Shown in pieces: positions 50,140-62,892 of a stretch of DNA of 64,000 nucleotides; within the stretch, counting starts at the first letter, position 1, and each line of letters begins with the position of its first letter. The stretch spans positions 9,674,001 through 9,738,000 of the forward strand of contig CM075988.1 of assembly GCA_038087875.1 (NCBI GenBank), read 5' to 3'. This DNA comes from Malacoraja senta (Eukaryota). The notes under the pieces were generated by a model, which was given only the letters and a program-made list of their open reading frames with translations, did no database searches and was not told the DNA's origin. The translations under genes and the position numbers were made by a program.

Positions 50140-53100
50140 ATTTTACTTCGGAGTCACGTGAGTGACTACGTGAAGAACCCCGCCAGTGCGCCTGCGCGTC
50201 ATTACGTCAGACGCCTTGACGCAAACGGACGTGAGGAGCAGAGCTCCTCGAGTGGATTTGTAGTTTTTCAACTACAAGGTAAGTAAAAACTTTTTTCAGG
50301 TTTTCCGGATCCGTTTACTGTGGGTCTATGGGGATTTTTTCCACAGACGCCATGGGAAAAAAAAAACGGACAGGGGGAAGAGGCGAGCGACACAGCCGAC
50401 AGAAGTCGGGAAAGTCGGGAGTCCGCGGTTAGAGACCAACCGCCTCTAAACCCCGGTACAGTCGCCAGCGGTGAGCATAGCGACTGTGGACCTGGGGCTG
50501 GTGAAAACACTGTCAGCGCCTGTCGGGCAAAAGACAAAGTTTAAATCCCAACGGCCCAGGAGGGAGTCCCAGGCAATGTAAGTAGCTCCAGGGCTAGATA
50601 CTGCTTTCGAGCATATTGCCCAAATAGAAAGCCTTTTACATAGGCTGTTGGAGCAAAGTTCACTCAGGGAGGAGTGTACTGAAAGCAAGCTGCTGGAAAT
50701 AGCTCAAACAGCTCCTGGTACAGGGCTAGATACTGCTTTCGAGCATGTTGCCCAAATAGAAAGCCTTTTTCATAGGCTGTTGGAGCAAAGTTCACTCAGG
50801 AAGGAGTGTACTGTAATCCAAGCTGCAGGAGCAGCTTAACAGCACCTGGCTCAGGGCTGATGGAATGCACCCTCAGAAATGAGGAGCGTGCTACGGGTCA
50901 TGAGATTTCAGACCCCGACTCTGACGGTGAGGCTGTACAAGGCGATGAACGGCAGCTGCCAGATGTTCCACTCCTGGCAGTAGGATTCGCTGCCCCGTCA
51001 GGGTGAGGAGAGCCATTAGGAGAAGAACTGGCCTCCTTAATAAATTACTTGGTTTACCATTAGCTGGAACAGCAGGAAATGGATGAGACTGCAAGAAGTA
51101 ACTGTGGGTTGCTGAAAGCAGCAGCAGTGAATCAAATTATCTGGAATCAGTTGCAGAGAATATTAAAGCTGCTGGGTTCTGGAATAACTGCTTTTGCCAG
51201 AATAGCAGAAAAAAAGCCAAGAGATGACGGAGTTGCATCAGGAAACACTAGGGTTGCTATGCAGCACCCACTTCGAGACAATTGTCTGAGGAAAAGTGTG
51301 ATACGGCCTACTATGAATCCAAAATTCGCAGCACTCTGCAAACCAAGTAATATACAATTACCCAACTTACTCTTTGGAGAGGATCTCGGGAGACGTATTA
51401 AAGAGTTGGAAGATGAAGCGAAAACAGGATTGATGAAGACATCAATGGTTGTGAAGTCTGTAAAGAGGAAGTATCCTTTCAGACGTCATACGGATCCTGG
51501 ACCAAGTCGCTCATCAACGCAGGGACGTAGTTGGCGGCCTGCAGCGGGAGCAAGAACCAGTGGGCGTGTTTCCGGGAGAACCCAGGAATCTCAGGGTACT
51601 CAAATGACTCAAGAGGTAGGTGGACCTGGTTCTCATGGGAACATACTAACTGGATTAAGTCCAAAAGTTGGAGGCAGGTTACATTTCTTTTATAATAATT
51701 GGAAGAAAATTACTTCAGAATGTGGTAATCCTGAATCATATACAAGGATTTCGAATTGAATTCAATCCAAATTATGATTTGCCTGTTCAGCATGTTCCTA
51801 GCCGAACTCTGCACTTTGTACAAAAAGAAGTGTTGGAGGTTCAGGTTGCACTTGAAACCCTATATAAAAAAGGGGTTATTGAAAAAATCAGTCTACCAAA
51901 GTCACCAATTTGTGTGAAATATATTCCCTCGATCAAAAAAAAAAAAAAAAAAAAAGGATGGAGGATGTAGGATTCTTGTAGATTTGATAAATCTGAATCC
52001 TTTTGTGCAATTTAGACATTTTAAAATGGAAACATTTGTGACTGCCAAACAGCTTATTTCAGAAGCATGTTATATGGCAACTATAGACTTGAAAGATGCA
52101 TATTATTCAGTGTCTGTTCATTCAGAAGATAGGAAGTATCTTAAATTTAAATGGATGAAACAGTTGTGGCAGTTCAAAGCTCTGCCTAATGGGTTAACAT
52201 CTGCACCCAGAATATTCACAAATTGTTAAAACCAATTCTGGGTTTGCTGAGAAGCCAGGGGCATGTACTCATGGCATATTTGGATGATGTCTTGATTATA
52301 GGAAAGACAAAACAGTCAACAGAAGCATCTGTTGCAGTTGTGAAATCAACTTTTGAAAATTTGGGGTTTCTAATTCATCCAAAGAAATCTAGGTTAACAC
52401 CATGTACCTCTATTAATTATTTGGGGTTTACAATTGATTCAGTCCAAATGAATATTACTTTGCCCAGGGAAAAAAGGGTGGATTTGATTAAAGATTGTAG
52501 TAATCTCCTAAATGAGCAAAAACCCTCAATTAGACAGGTGGCTCGTGTACTGGGAAAATTAGTAGCAGCATTCCCAGCAGTTCAATTTGGACCATTACAT
52601 TATCAACAGCTGCAGAGATTAAAGAACAGGCACTGAGAAAGCATGTTGGTCATTTTGATAGAACCATGCAACTAACAACAAATGCAGTTTCTGATCTGCA
52701 GTGGCGGATTCTACATGTCGCAAGCAGTTCCAGCAAAGTGCTGATTGAACAACCATCCATGATATTACAAACTGATGCCAGTGCACTAGGATGGGGTGCA
52801 ACTGACTTAACATCTAGCTGCGGAGGCAGATGGAATCAGGAAGAGTCATTGTTACTGCAGACATGGGGAATTAACTATTTGGAGCTTCTAGGATGTTTCT
52901 ATGGGCTCCAAGCTTACTGTTCTAACACAACTAATAAGCATGTTCAAGTTCAAATTGATAACACAACAGCAGTTGCCTATATTAATCATATGGGTGGAAT
53001 CAAGTCGGTGTCATGTGACAAAATGGCTAATCAAATTTGGTCTTGGTGTATTGAAAAGAATATTTGGATTTCAGCTATCCATCTACCAGGTAGAATGAAT

Positions 53101-55024
53101 ATGATAGCAGACACCAGGTCACGAAAGTTCCAGGATAATAAAGAATGGATGTTGAATCAAGAGGTATTCAATGATATAGTAACCAGATTTGGAATGACCG
53201 ACATCGACTTGAATCATCAGCTATCGAGATATGTCTCATGGAAACCAGATCCAGGAGCAGTGGCGATTGATGCTTTCTCGCTACATTGGGGTGGTATGTT
53301 TTCATATATATTTCCACCTTTCTGCCTCATAAGCCAATGTTTGCTTAAAATCAGGCAAGATGCTGCTTCAAGGGTATTGGTAGTACCAGATTGGCCTATA
53401 CAGCCATGGTATCTGTTGATATTAGGATTAACAACACAAATGTTGATGAAAGTCCCAAAAAGGAGTAATTTATTGTTGCACTCTGTAAGAGGGTAACAAC
53501 ATCCATTATACCATCGTTTGGATTTGTTGATTTGCAGGTTTTAAGAATGCCTTTTCTGGGACGAGGACTGTCTGAGCATACTGTGGACATGCTTACGGCA
53601 GCCGGGAGGAAGAGCACTCAAAAACAATACTTTTCTTATATTAAGAAATGGGAAGAGTTCTGTGTACAAAAGAATGTGCAATAAAGTACTGCAGATATTT
53701 CAAATGTTTAGAATTTCTGTCAAAACTTTATTATGATGAAGGTCTGAGTTGTAGTGCAATTAATTCAGCCAGAAGTGCATTGTCCTCATATTTGGTTCTG
53801 GATTCAGAAAGAAACTCAATTGGGTCACACCCAATTGTTTCCAGACTAATGAAAGGAATCTTTAATTCCAAACCACCGAAACCTAGGTACGTGACAATCT
53901 GGGATGTAAGTGTGGTACTGAAACTACTTCGTGAATGGTCATCAAGTGTGTCTTTACCTTTGGTCAAGCTCAGTATGAAAGTATTTATGCTTATGGCATG
54001 AGTGACAGCACAACGAGTGCAAACACTTGGAAAATTACAGAAAGACAGTATGGAAGTAACTGAAGACAAGGTTACATTCTATATCTATGACCTACTAAAG
54101 TAAATTAGGCCAGGTGTGACAGGATTTAAAATTATGCTAGCAGCATATCCAAATGATCCATGTCTCTGTATTAAGACATATTTATTAAAATACATTGAGG
54201 TCACAAAGAATTTGAGAATACGGAAACTGGGTTGTTGATCACACACAAGAAACCACACAAGAGAGTTTCAATACAGACTATTTCCAGATGGATAAAAGAA
54301 GTCTTAACAGCTGCTGGTATTAACACTTATGTTTTTACGTCTCACTCGACTAGGGCAGCAGAAACGTCGGCGGCCAGGGCAAAAGACGGCCCCGTCGACC
54401 ATATCCTCGCAGCCGCCGGGTGGTCCAATGAGTTGATGTTTCAACATTTTTACCATCGGCCTATTGTTAATGCGGGGTTGTTTGCAGAAACTATTTTAAG
54501 TTCTGTGTAAATTCCTCTGGTTTAAAGGGGATCTGATTCATTTCATTATTGAAATGAATTACTGCATTTGTGGTACAAATGTTATTATGAATGCATGATT
54601 GATTATTCTCGTTCCGAGTCAATCTATGCAGTGAGAAGCCGGGATTGATGCACGGCATGAAATCACAAAGCTTTAAAATCTTCACGTAGTCACTCACGTG
54701 ACTCCGAAGTAAAATAGTAAGATTAAACGAGAACTTACCTAAGTTTGAAGTTTGATCTTTATTTTATGAGGAGTTACGTAGGTGATTACGTGCCCACCAC
54801 GACTCTACCCTCTATCATAAAGGTCAGATGGAAGTTCTTGTATTACTCGTTTTATTTTGAGACTATATTACTTCGGTTGTTGTTTTTTGTGATTTCACAC
54901 CGCTGCTTTGAAGATTGATGCGCAGGCGCACTGGCGGGGTTCTTCACGTAATCACCTACGTAACTCCTCATAAAATAAAGATCAAACTTCAAACTTAGGT
55001 AAGTTCTCGTTTAATCTTACTATT
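50140..55024 (+). mobile_element. Full-length, degenerate DIRS1-type retrotransposon
   Basis: ITRs and ICR (about 54679-54792); gag from ATG 50352; RT with YLDD (51984-52636); RH/MT 52666-53496; YR 53538-54510 with stops and frameshifts. Confidence 0.96.
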
Positions 55025-57519
55025 TCATGCCTGTTAAACTTGGGCTAGTCATTTTTTTTTCCACGCCGATTTTATTTAATGAAATACATGCACCTTGCGT
55101 TTTACACGTCTTTCATTATTGGAATAACGCACTTGTTTAATTAATACCAAAGCCTAATTTAAGTGCTCATATTTTTAAAATAATGCTCTTGTATGTATGT
55201 TTGGAAGCGCATTCACATACAATGCCCGACAAGGTGCTGTCCAGCATAAAAATGATAAATAGTGATATAGTGAAATAGATAGATAGATAGTGATATAGAT
55301 AGGTATATATACACATCTTTTTTTATCACTGCATCAGAATGGCCCTCTGTCATCTCCATTCTGAGTTTATTTTAGCAGCCTAGCACTGCCTCTTCATTGC
55401 TGAGTAACATTAAAGATGGCACTAATCATTCTGCTGCCGCGCTAGAACTAGATTGAAAACGAAGAGTGAAAGATTTTCCAAGCAAACATTGGACTTGACT
55501 TTTCAGTTGAGAAGGTTGAAAGATGATCACATCAAGTTACTCAAGACCTGAGTGGAATTAACATTGTAGATGCCAAAAGTTTGCTTCCTCTAGTTGGGGA
55601 GTCTAAAATAAGGACATGGTCACAGGACTCAGGACTGAGATGAGGGGGAAATTTCTTTAAGCAGAAGGTTGCAGACCTTTGTAATTCTCAAACATAGAGG
55701 GCTTTGGATGTTCAGTCACTGATTAAATTCAAGGTGAAGATCTTCAGATATTTGGACACATGGGAATCAGAGTAAACGCAAACAAGCTGGTGGAGAAGCT
55801 CAGTGGGTTAGGTGATATCTGCAGAGGGAAATTGGCAGAAGAAGTTTTGGTTGAAACCCTTCTTCAGACATTGTAATCAGAGGACATGGGAATCAAGTGG
55901 GAAAATTGACAAAACAAAGGAAGGGCCGTGATCTTATATCTATTGACAATCATCTTTTATGGAAGGCAGTATCTCAACCGAATAGCAGGACTAGAACAAC
56001 ACTATATCAATATACACACAGTTCATAAAGGTACCTTTCTATTCAATACTCCATAAAGATACAGCCCGTTTGATCAAAACAGAAGCTTTGCACTGTACTT
56101 CGGTGCACGCACAATAAACTAAACAGAACGGATCTGAAACTGAACTGAACTTGATGGGTGTCCTATCTACCACCCTAAAGATTCATTTCAATCTATGATC
56201 AGTTCACAAAGGATGAAATATTTGCCCTCTGCAAGATGCACCACAGTCACACACTAAGGCTAGTCTGAAAGCACCACCCAAGCTTGCAGCTTGTACCACC
56301 GAGAATAGTGGAAGTCGGCAAATTTGCAGGATTTTTTAACGATTGAACTCTGTCCTGACTTAGGAGTATATCACTGTTCCTTCACCATCATAAATCCTGG
56401 AACCAGCCTCCTCTGCAGGGCTGTACGATCCCATCATCAACATGACTTAATTGGTTCGAGAAGGCGTCTCATCATTACTTTCTCAAGGTCAAATAGGGAT
56501 GGTCAATAAACATAAACACAGGCCTCTCCCATCATTGCCCACATCGTGAAAATTACATAAAAATAAAACGTCTTCCACCAAAGGATAGTGTAAATCTGAA
56601 ATGTTCTGCCCCAGAGCCAGGAAAACAAGAAGTCAATGGAAAATTTTAAAACTTATTATTTGATATTAATCAGACCCGGGTATTTGGGATTATGAATCCT
56701 AGATAGAAAAAACTGAGTTCAATTACAGATCGATCAAGATTTCATTGAATGATAGCATAGGCTTAAGGTAATGCCAGACCTCCTTCTGTTCTTATGTTGC
56801 CAAAGATACCATTGATTCTCTTTCTTAGATTCAATTCTGTACAGTCTGCGCATTTAAAGTAGTTCCATTAATTGTTTCCTTCCAAACTGAAATGAGCCAT
56901 TGAAAGTTAAACAACCATGGAATACATTTAGGCTATTTCTTAATGATACAGACATGTGATTTGACACAAAACATGGACATTTAAAGTTCACATCCTTTCA
57001 GCTGCACCGCTTGTTCGTTCCAAATAATTTCACTCTTTTCATGTTCCTCTCCGTTAATGCAAGATGTGTCATATGTCATATCTTTGCTCTGGTAGCTATC
57101 AGCAATGCTGTACATGCTTCTAATAATAGCATTAATAAACGTGCTTCTGCTGTAGATGGGTATATGAGTTCAGCTTTCCCTCGGGCCTTGGTCCATCTTC
57201 CAGTGTATACATCAAGACAAGGCACCTGTGCTTCTGTTCATCTCAAGTGGATGTAAAGATTATCTTTGGCTCTATTCATAGAACAGGGGTGACCTCCCCT
57301 ATGTGCTGGTCATCATTCATCTGTCAACCAGAACACAGATTCCCTTGTCATTAATCTCATTGCTTTTGTCGAACCTTGCTGTGACAAAATGTAATCCATG
57401 CTTCCCACATAGAGTCATAGTCATACAGCGTGGAAACAGGCCCTTCGGCCCTACATCTCTCCCAATTTCCTAAGACTAGATCAAACGTTGCCCTCTTCCA
57501 TGTAGGGGCCCCTAGGTGT

Positions 57520-57675
57520 GTAGGAAGGAACTACAGATGCTGGTCTGAAGAAGTTGTCTCGACCGGAAACGTCACCTTTTCCTTTTCTCCAGAGATGCTG
57601 ATGACCCGCTGAGTTACTCCAGCTCTTTGTGTCTATCTTCAGTTTAAACCAGCATCTGCAGATCCTTCCTTCACA
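57520..57675 (+). mobile_element. Penelope-type short repeat with hammerhead-like motif
   Basis: GGT-CTGAAGA..GAAACGTC-ACC at about 57542-57576. Confidence 0.7.
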
Positions 57676-58299
57676 TTAGGTTTGTAGGTTAATTGGCTTT
57701 TGTAGAATTGTAAATTGTGCCTAGTGTGTAGGATAGTGCCAGTGTATGGGGTGATCGCTGGTCGGTGCAGACTTGGTGGGCCAAAGGGCCTGTTTCCTTG
57801 CTGTATCTCTAAAGTATTAAATTAATGTCTGAAGACAATTTTTAATGGACAGCCAAGGAAGAAATTGCAAGGGCCCAGGCATAGTTATATGTCACAGGGG
57901 AGGAACCATGGGAGAAGTTAGGGGGTGGCTAATATAGTGTCTTTATAGAGTCATGGCGTCATGGAGTGATACAGTGTGGAAACAAGCCCTTCGGCCCAAC
58001 TTGCCCACACCGGCCAACATGTCCCTGTTACACTAGTCCCACCTGTCAGCATTTGGTCCATATCCCTCCAAACCTGTCCTATCCATACACCTGTCTTAAT
58101 GCTTCTTAAATGTTGGGATAGTCCCTGCCTCAACTACCTCATTTGGCAGCTTGTTCCATACATCTACCACCCTTTGTGTGAAAAAGTTACCCCTCAGATT
58201 CCTATTAAATCTTTTCACCTTCAACTTAAACCTATGTCCTCTGCGCTCCAAGGAATAGAATCCCAGCCTACTCAACCTCTAATAATGGTTGAAAGGTCC

Positions 58300-59735
58300 T
58301 GCAGACTGATGAGCTGAGGATCAGTGGCGGGAGGATTACTGCAGGGAATTCTCTGGGAAAGAGTCTACCAGCATTTGGAAAGGCGAGCACTAATTAAGGA
58401 TAGTCAGCATGGCTTTCTCTGTGAGAAATTGTAGCTAATGAATTTGATTGAGTATTTTTTAAAGATGGCCAAGAGAATTGATGAGAGCAGGGCAGTGGAT
58501 GTTGTCTATTTGGACTTTAGCAAGGCGTTTGATAAGATAGAGATAGACGCAAAATGCTGGAGTAACTCAGCAGGTGAGGCAGTTTCTCAGGGGAAAACAG
58601 CTAGGTGATGTTTCAGGTTGGAACCCTTCATCAGACATTGATAACTGGTTGGTATGGAAGGTTGAGATCCAGAGAGGGTATTTGGGCACAACATTGCCTT
58701 AATTGAAAGGATGAAAGAGTGGTAGCGGAGAGTTCTATTCAGATTGGAGTTCCATGACCAGTGGTGTGCTCTGGGGATTACAAAGTTATTTGTCATCTAT
58801 ATTTATGATTTGGATGACAATTTTGCTGACATAGTTAGCATGTTTGCGAATGAAACCAAAATTGGTGATGTGGTATACAATGAAGCATGTTGTCTAAGAT
58901 TACAACAGGGTCAACATTACAAATGGGAAAGTGGGCCAAGAATGGCAGATGGAATTTAATTTGGACATGTACAATTTGGTAAATCAGTTACACAGCAAAG
59001 GTATATGATCCTGGAGATTGTTGTGGGGTGTCGTCGAGCAGAGAAATCCAGGGGGGACATGTACATAGTTCCCTGAGATTGGTAACATGTCATCAGAGAG
59101 GTGAGGTTGGCATTTGGCACATTTCCCTTCATTGGTCAGTGCACTGAGTACAGGAGTTTGAATGTCATGTTGCAACTAGGCGATTGTTGTTGAGGCTACA
59201 CTTGGAGTATTGTGTGCAGTTCTAGTCTCTCGAGAATGTTATCATTAAGAAGGAAAGGCTGCAAAAAAGGTTTATGAGGATGTTACCAGGACTAGGGGGC
59301 TTCAGTTGTATGGAGAATGTGGGCAAGATGGAACTTTATTGCTCCTGGAACATTGGAGGTTGAGGGTGGAATTATAGAAGCATATAAATATCATAAAGGG
59401 GCATGCTTAATGTTCATGGTCACAGTCTTTTTTCAAGGGTAGGGGACCCTAAAACTAAAAAAGCTTAGATTTAAGGTGTGAGAAAAAGATTATAATAGGG
59501 TCATGAGAGGAATTTTCACACAGAGGGTGGTGGATATATGGAATGAGCTGCATGTGGAGGCTGTAGAGGCAGGGACAATTACAATGTTTAAAAGATATTA
59601 GGGCAGATGCATGAATAGAAGATGTTTAGAAGGATATGGGCCAAATCCAGACAAACGGGATTAGCTCTTGGTCAACATGGACAAATTGGGCTGAAGGGCT
59701 TGTATCCGTGCACTGTAACTCTATGACTTTATGAG
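58300..59735 (+). mobile_element. Degenerate CR1 RT region and 3' end, with a nested Penelope-type repeat (58540-58640)
   Basis: SQHGF, VDVVYLDFSKAFDK, LFVIYIYDLD..MFANETKIG and a CR1 3' tail. Confidence 0.85.
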
Positions 59736-60809
59736 TCTCATATCATGAAAAGCCTCACATGTGTGCAAATGCTTGTTTCCTTTATTTAACCACTCCATAC
59801 ATTAGCATTGACATATCTATATTATTAACGAGGGCTCAATTCCATTTTCTTCTTAAGCCTTTCCATGTTTTTTTGTTCAAAATTACATTTCTTTATAAAT
59901 TCTACGTTTAAATTTACCATAAGCAATTTCATCATTAATGCAGAGAAACACCAGACTGTAGCAAAACATCATTCATTAAAATTATTGCTCAATTTAACTT
60001 TCCTCCCTCAACAGCCTCATTACACTCCAAGCCATCTCCAATCCCTCAAAATGTCATTAGGACTCGCTTAAGAGAATTATTCAAAGTAATATGAAAGTAG
60101 TGAAAATATTAAACAATAGCGTGGGATGGAAACACCAATGCTGATCTTGCCTGACACTCAATAATGGTGTCAGCACCTTCTGCTTGTCTAAATGACATTC
60201 TAGCAGTTACAGTTAGCGTGCCACTAATAAGCACAAGCACTCCAAATGTTTTGAAGGTAAATGTGGATCTTCTTCCACATGTTCCATAGACTGTTGACTC
60301 CTCCACGAGTGTTGTGATTTTCTACAGTGCACCATTCTTGACTTTCTATCATCCTACTTGATCAAATCAAATGCTAGCATTGCACCAATTTGGGACAAAG
60401 TTCACAAACGTTCACAGATGATACTGTGGATTACCATCCAGTTACAAGAGGTAGCAAAATCATTAAGCTGTCATTATTTAAAGGCATAGCGTTATCCCTA
60501 AGACGTGTCTTCAAAAATTCTTACCATTTCTACCACAATGTTTCAATCCTTTGTTAAATACACCTGTCATTAAATGCCATTGTATCATCAATTGAGCAGA
60601 TTCCGAATAAAAAAATATCTGCACAATTCCTGATGTTTGATCATGTCGAGAATGCAATCAACAGAGATGTGATCGCCTTTGTGGCCACTCGTCGCAGTTA
60701 GCCAGGAGCATTAGGACTTCCATAGCTTGCTACCTGAGTCACATTGAGAGTTATGCTGCATGACAGGAAAGGAAACAGATGCCTCTGGATATCTTTTTAC
60801 AAGAGAATG

Positions 60810-61170
60810 GCAAAAAATAACTTCAAGACAGTCTTGAACCACTGCAGTTCATCTACCACCACAACGGATGCCATCTATCTGGCCGTAAACTCATCCCTGG
60901 AAAATCTGGATATCACTATATTAGACTCCTCTTTATTGACATAGCTCCATCTTCAATGCCAAACCTATCTCCAAACCCCTGAAGCGAGGACTCAACATTC
61001 CCCTCATTAAACTGGATCTTCAACATCCTGACCACAGATTGCAATCAGTAAGGATGGGTGACAACACCACCTCCATGTTAATTCTCAACAGTGACCTGCA
61101 AGGCTGCCTACTCAGCCTGTTATTATACTCCTTATACACGTGATCAAATTCTGCTCCAAATTCTCCATTT
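60810..61170 (+). mobile_element. Degenerate Rex1/Babar RT fragment
   Basis: PLQF..TDAI..SLENLD..RLLFID-like motifs across frameshifts. Confidence 0.55.
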
Positions 61171-61690
61171 ACAATTGAGATGGGCCGGATGGCCTAATGC
61201 TGCGCCTAGAACTTGTGAACTTATGAACGGACAAGTTTGCTGTTAACCAACATAATGGGCCAGGTCTTAATATACTGGTTCCAACAGATACTTATTAATG
61301 CCGCAGTAGGAGCTAAGAAATATTCGAGAGTAATATTAGAGAGAGATATTTCCCTTATTTGTATAACCTGCAAAACTGTAATATCTGCAGCTACTATAGA
61401 TATTCCTAATGTAAATTTCTGTGTCACATATATCAGCAAAATCAAATGATTTCTCCTATTTTCCCTGCTCCTCTCTCCCCATCGCACAATCATCTCTCAT
61501 CTCCAAGTCCACCATTTCCCTTTTATTCTCCAATTGTCCCCACCCCTTCTGTCCCCTACAGCAACATTCCCCCTTCTGGCATAGCATTTCACTACTTCTC
61601 TCCTCTGCTTATCTGACATCCTTTCATCTCATTTTCACCTCTAACCTTTGTCACTTATTCCACTGCCTGAACAGTGCCCCCGTTTTACTC

Positions 61691-62672
61691 CGGGGGCGCT
61701 GTTCAGGCAGCAGCCATGTCAGCAGTGCGTCATTTTTTTCAACTTTTAAAAAATTTTTTAGTATGTTTTAAAGTGTGTGTTTAATGTTTCTTTGGGTGTC
61801 TTGTGTGGGGGGTGGTGTGGGGGGGGTAAGGGGGAAACCGCTTTGGTCACCTCCTCCATGGAGAGGCGACTTTTTCCAGGTCGCCTCCCCCGTCGCCTCC
61901 CCCGTGGCCTAACATCAAGGATCGGCGTGGCCTTTCCCGGAGACGTGCCCGGCGCGGCCTTTCCCGGAGGCGTGCCCGGGGCTTCAGCGGCGGGCGCAGC
62001 GTGGACTCTCGGCGTGGAGCGGGTGAACCCTCGCTGGGGCTCGCTGGAGGGGAGCGCCAGCAGCCTGAAGTCGCAGCCTGAAGCCGCGGTCTGCAGAGCT
62101 CCAGCTGGTGCGGCGTCTACAGCCCGGGATCCCTCGTGGGGGACCCGGGGGAAGAAGAAGCCATCATTGCCGGTCTGCGGCCAACTTCTACCGCGGGGCC
62201 GGCATGGACTTACCATCACCCCTGGAGGGGAGCTTCGACCGCCGGCCCTGCAGTCTACGGTGCTTCTGGCTGCGGCGGGGACTTTAAATCTTGACCGCCG
62301 GCCTGCGGCCCACAACAATCTAAAGCCGCGGTCTCCGGTGAGGAAGAGCCGATCCTGGACTGACTTGGACTCTGGTCCTGTCCACGGGGGGAAATGGAGG
62401 AGGACTGGCCAAATTTGTGTGCCTTCCACCACAGTGATGAATGCTGTGGTGGATGTTTGTGTTACATTTTGTGTGTTCTTATTATTGTATCGCTGCTGAC
62501 AACCCAATGCTTGCCGGGTCACTGCTCGTGCGGTCGACCGGTCGGTGCAGAGAGTAGCTTTGAATGTTTGTCTTTCGTTACGTCTTTTTTTAAAAAAGCT
62601 ACTGTAATGCGCCCTTTTAAATTGCCCCTTGGGGATGAATAAAGTGCTTGATTGATTGATTGATTGATTGAT
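61691..62672 (+). mobile_element. GC-rich non-autonomous retroposon, family X, young copy
   Basis: CpG-rich body, shared modules, AATAAA plus (TTGA)n tail. Confidence 0.7.
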
Positions 62673-62892
62673 AGAAACATAGAAAATAGGTGCAGGAGTA
62701 GGCCATTCGGCCCTTTGAGCCTGCACCGCCATTCGATATGATCATGGCTGATCATCCAACTCAGTATCCCATCCCTGCCTTCTCTCCATACACCCTGATC
62801 CCTTTAGCCACAAGGGCCACATCTAACTCCCTCTTAAATATAGCCAATGAACTGGCCTCAACTACCTTCTGTGGCAGAGAATTCCACAGAAT
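62673..62892 (-). mobile_element. Young CR1 3' end
   Basis: Near reverse complement of 21065-21275. Confidence 0.9.

Noticed and set aside
60109..60306. 65-aa ORF in unique sequence, and small exon-like segments near 59920 and 60525
   Set aside because: No recognisable homology, and the splice signals are no better than chance.
61758..62732. 324-aa (-) and 240-aa (+) ORFs
   Set aside because: They lie in a GC-rich repeat, are open on both strands, cross a microsatellite and a CR1 tail, and show no protein motifs.
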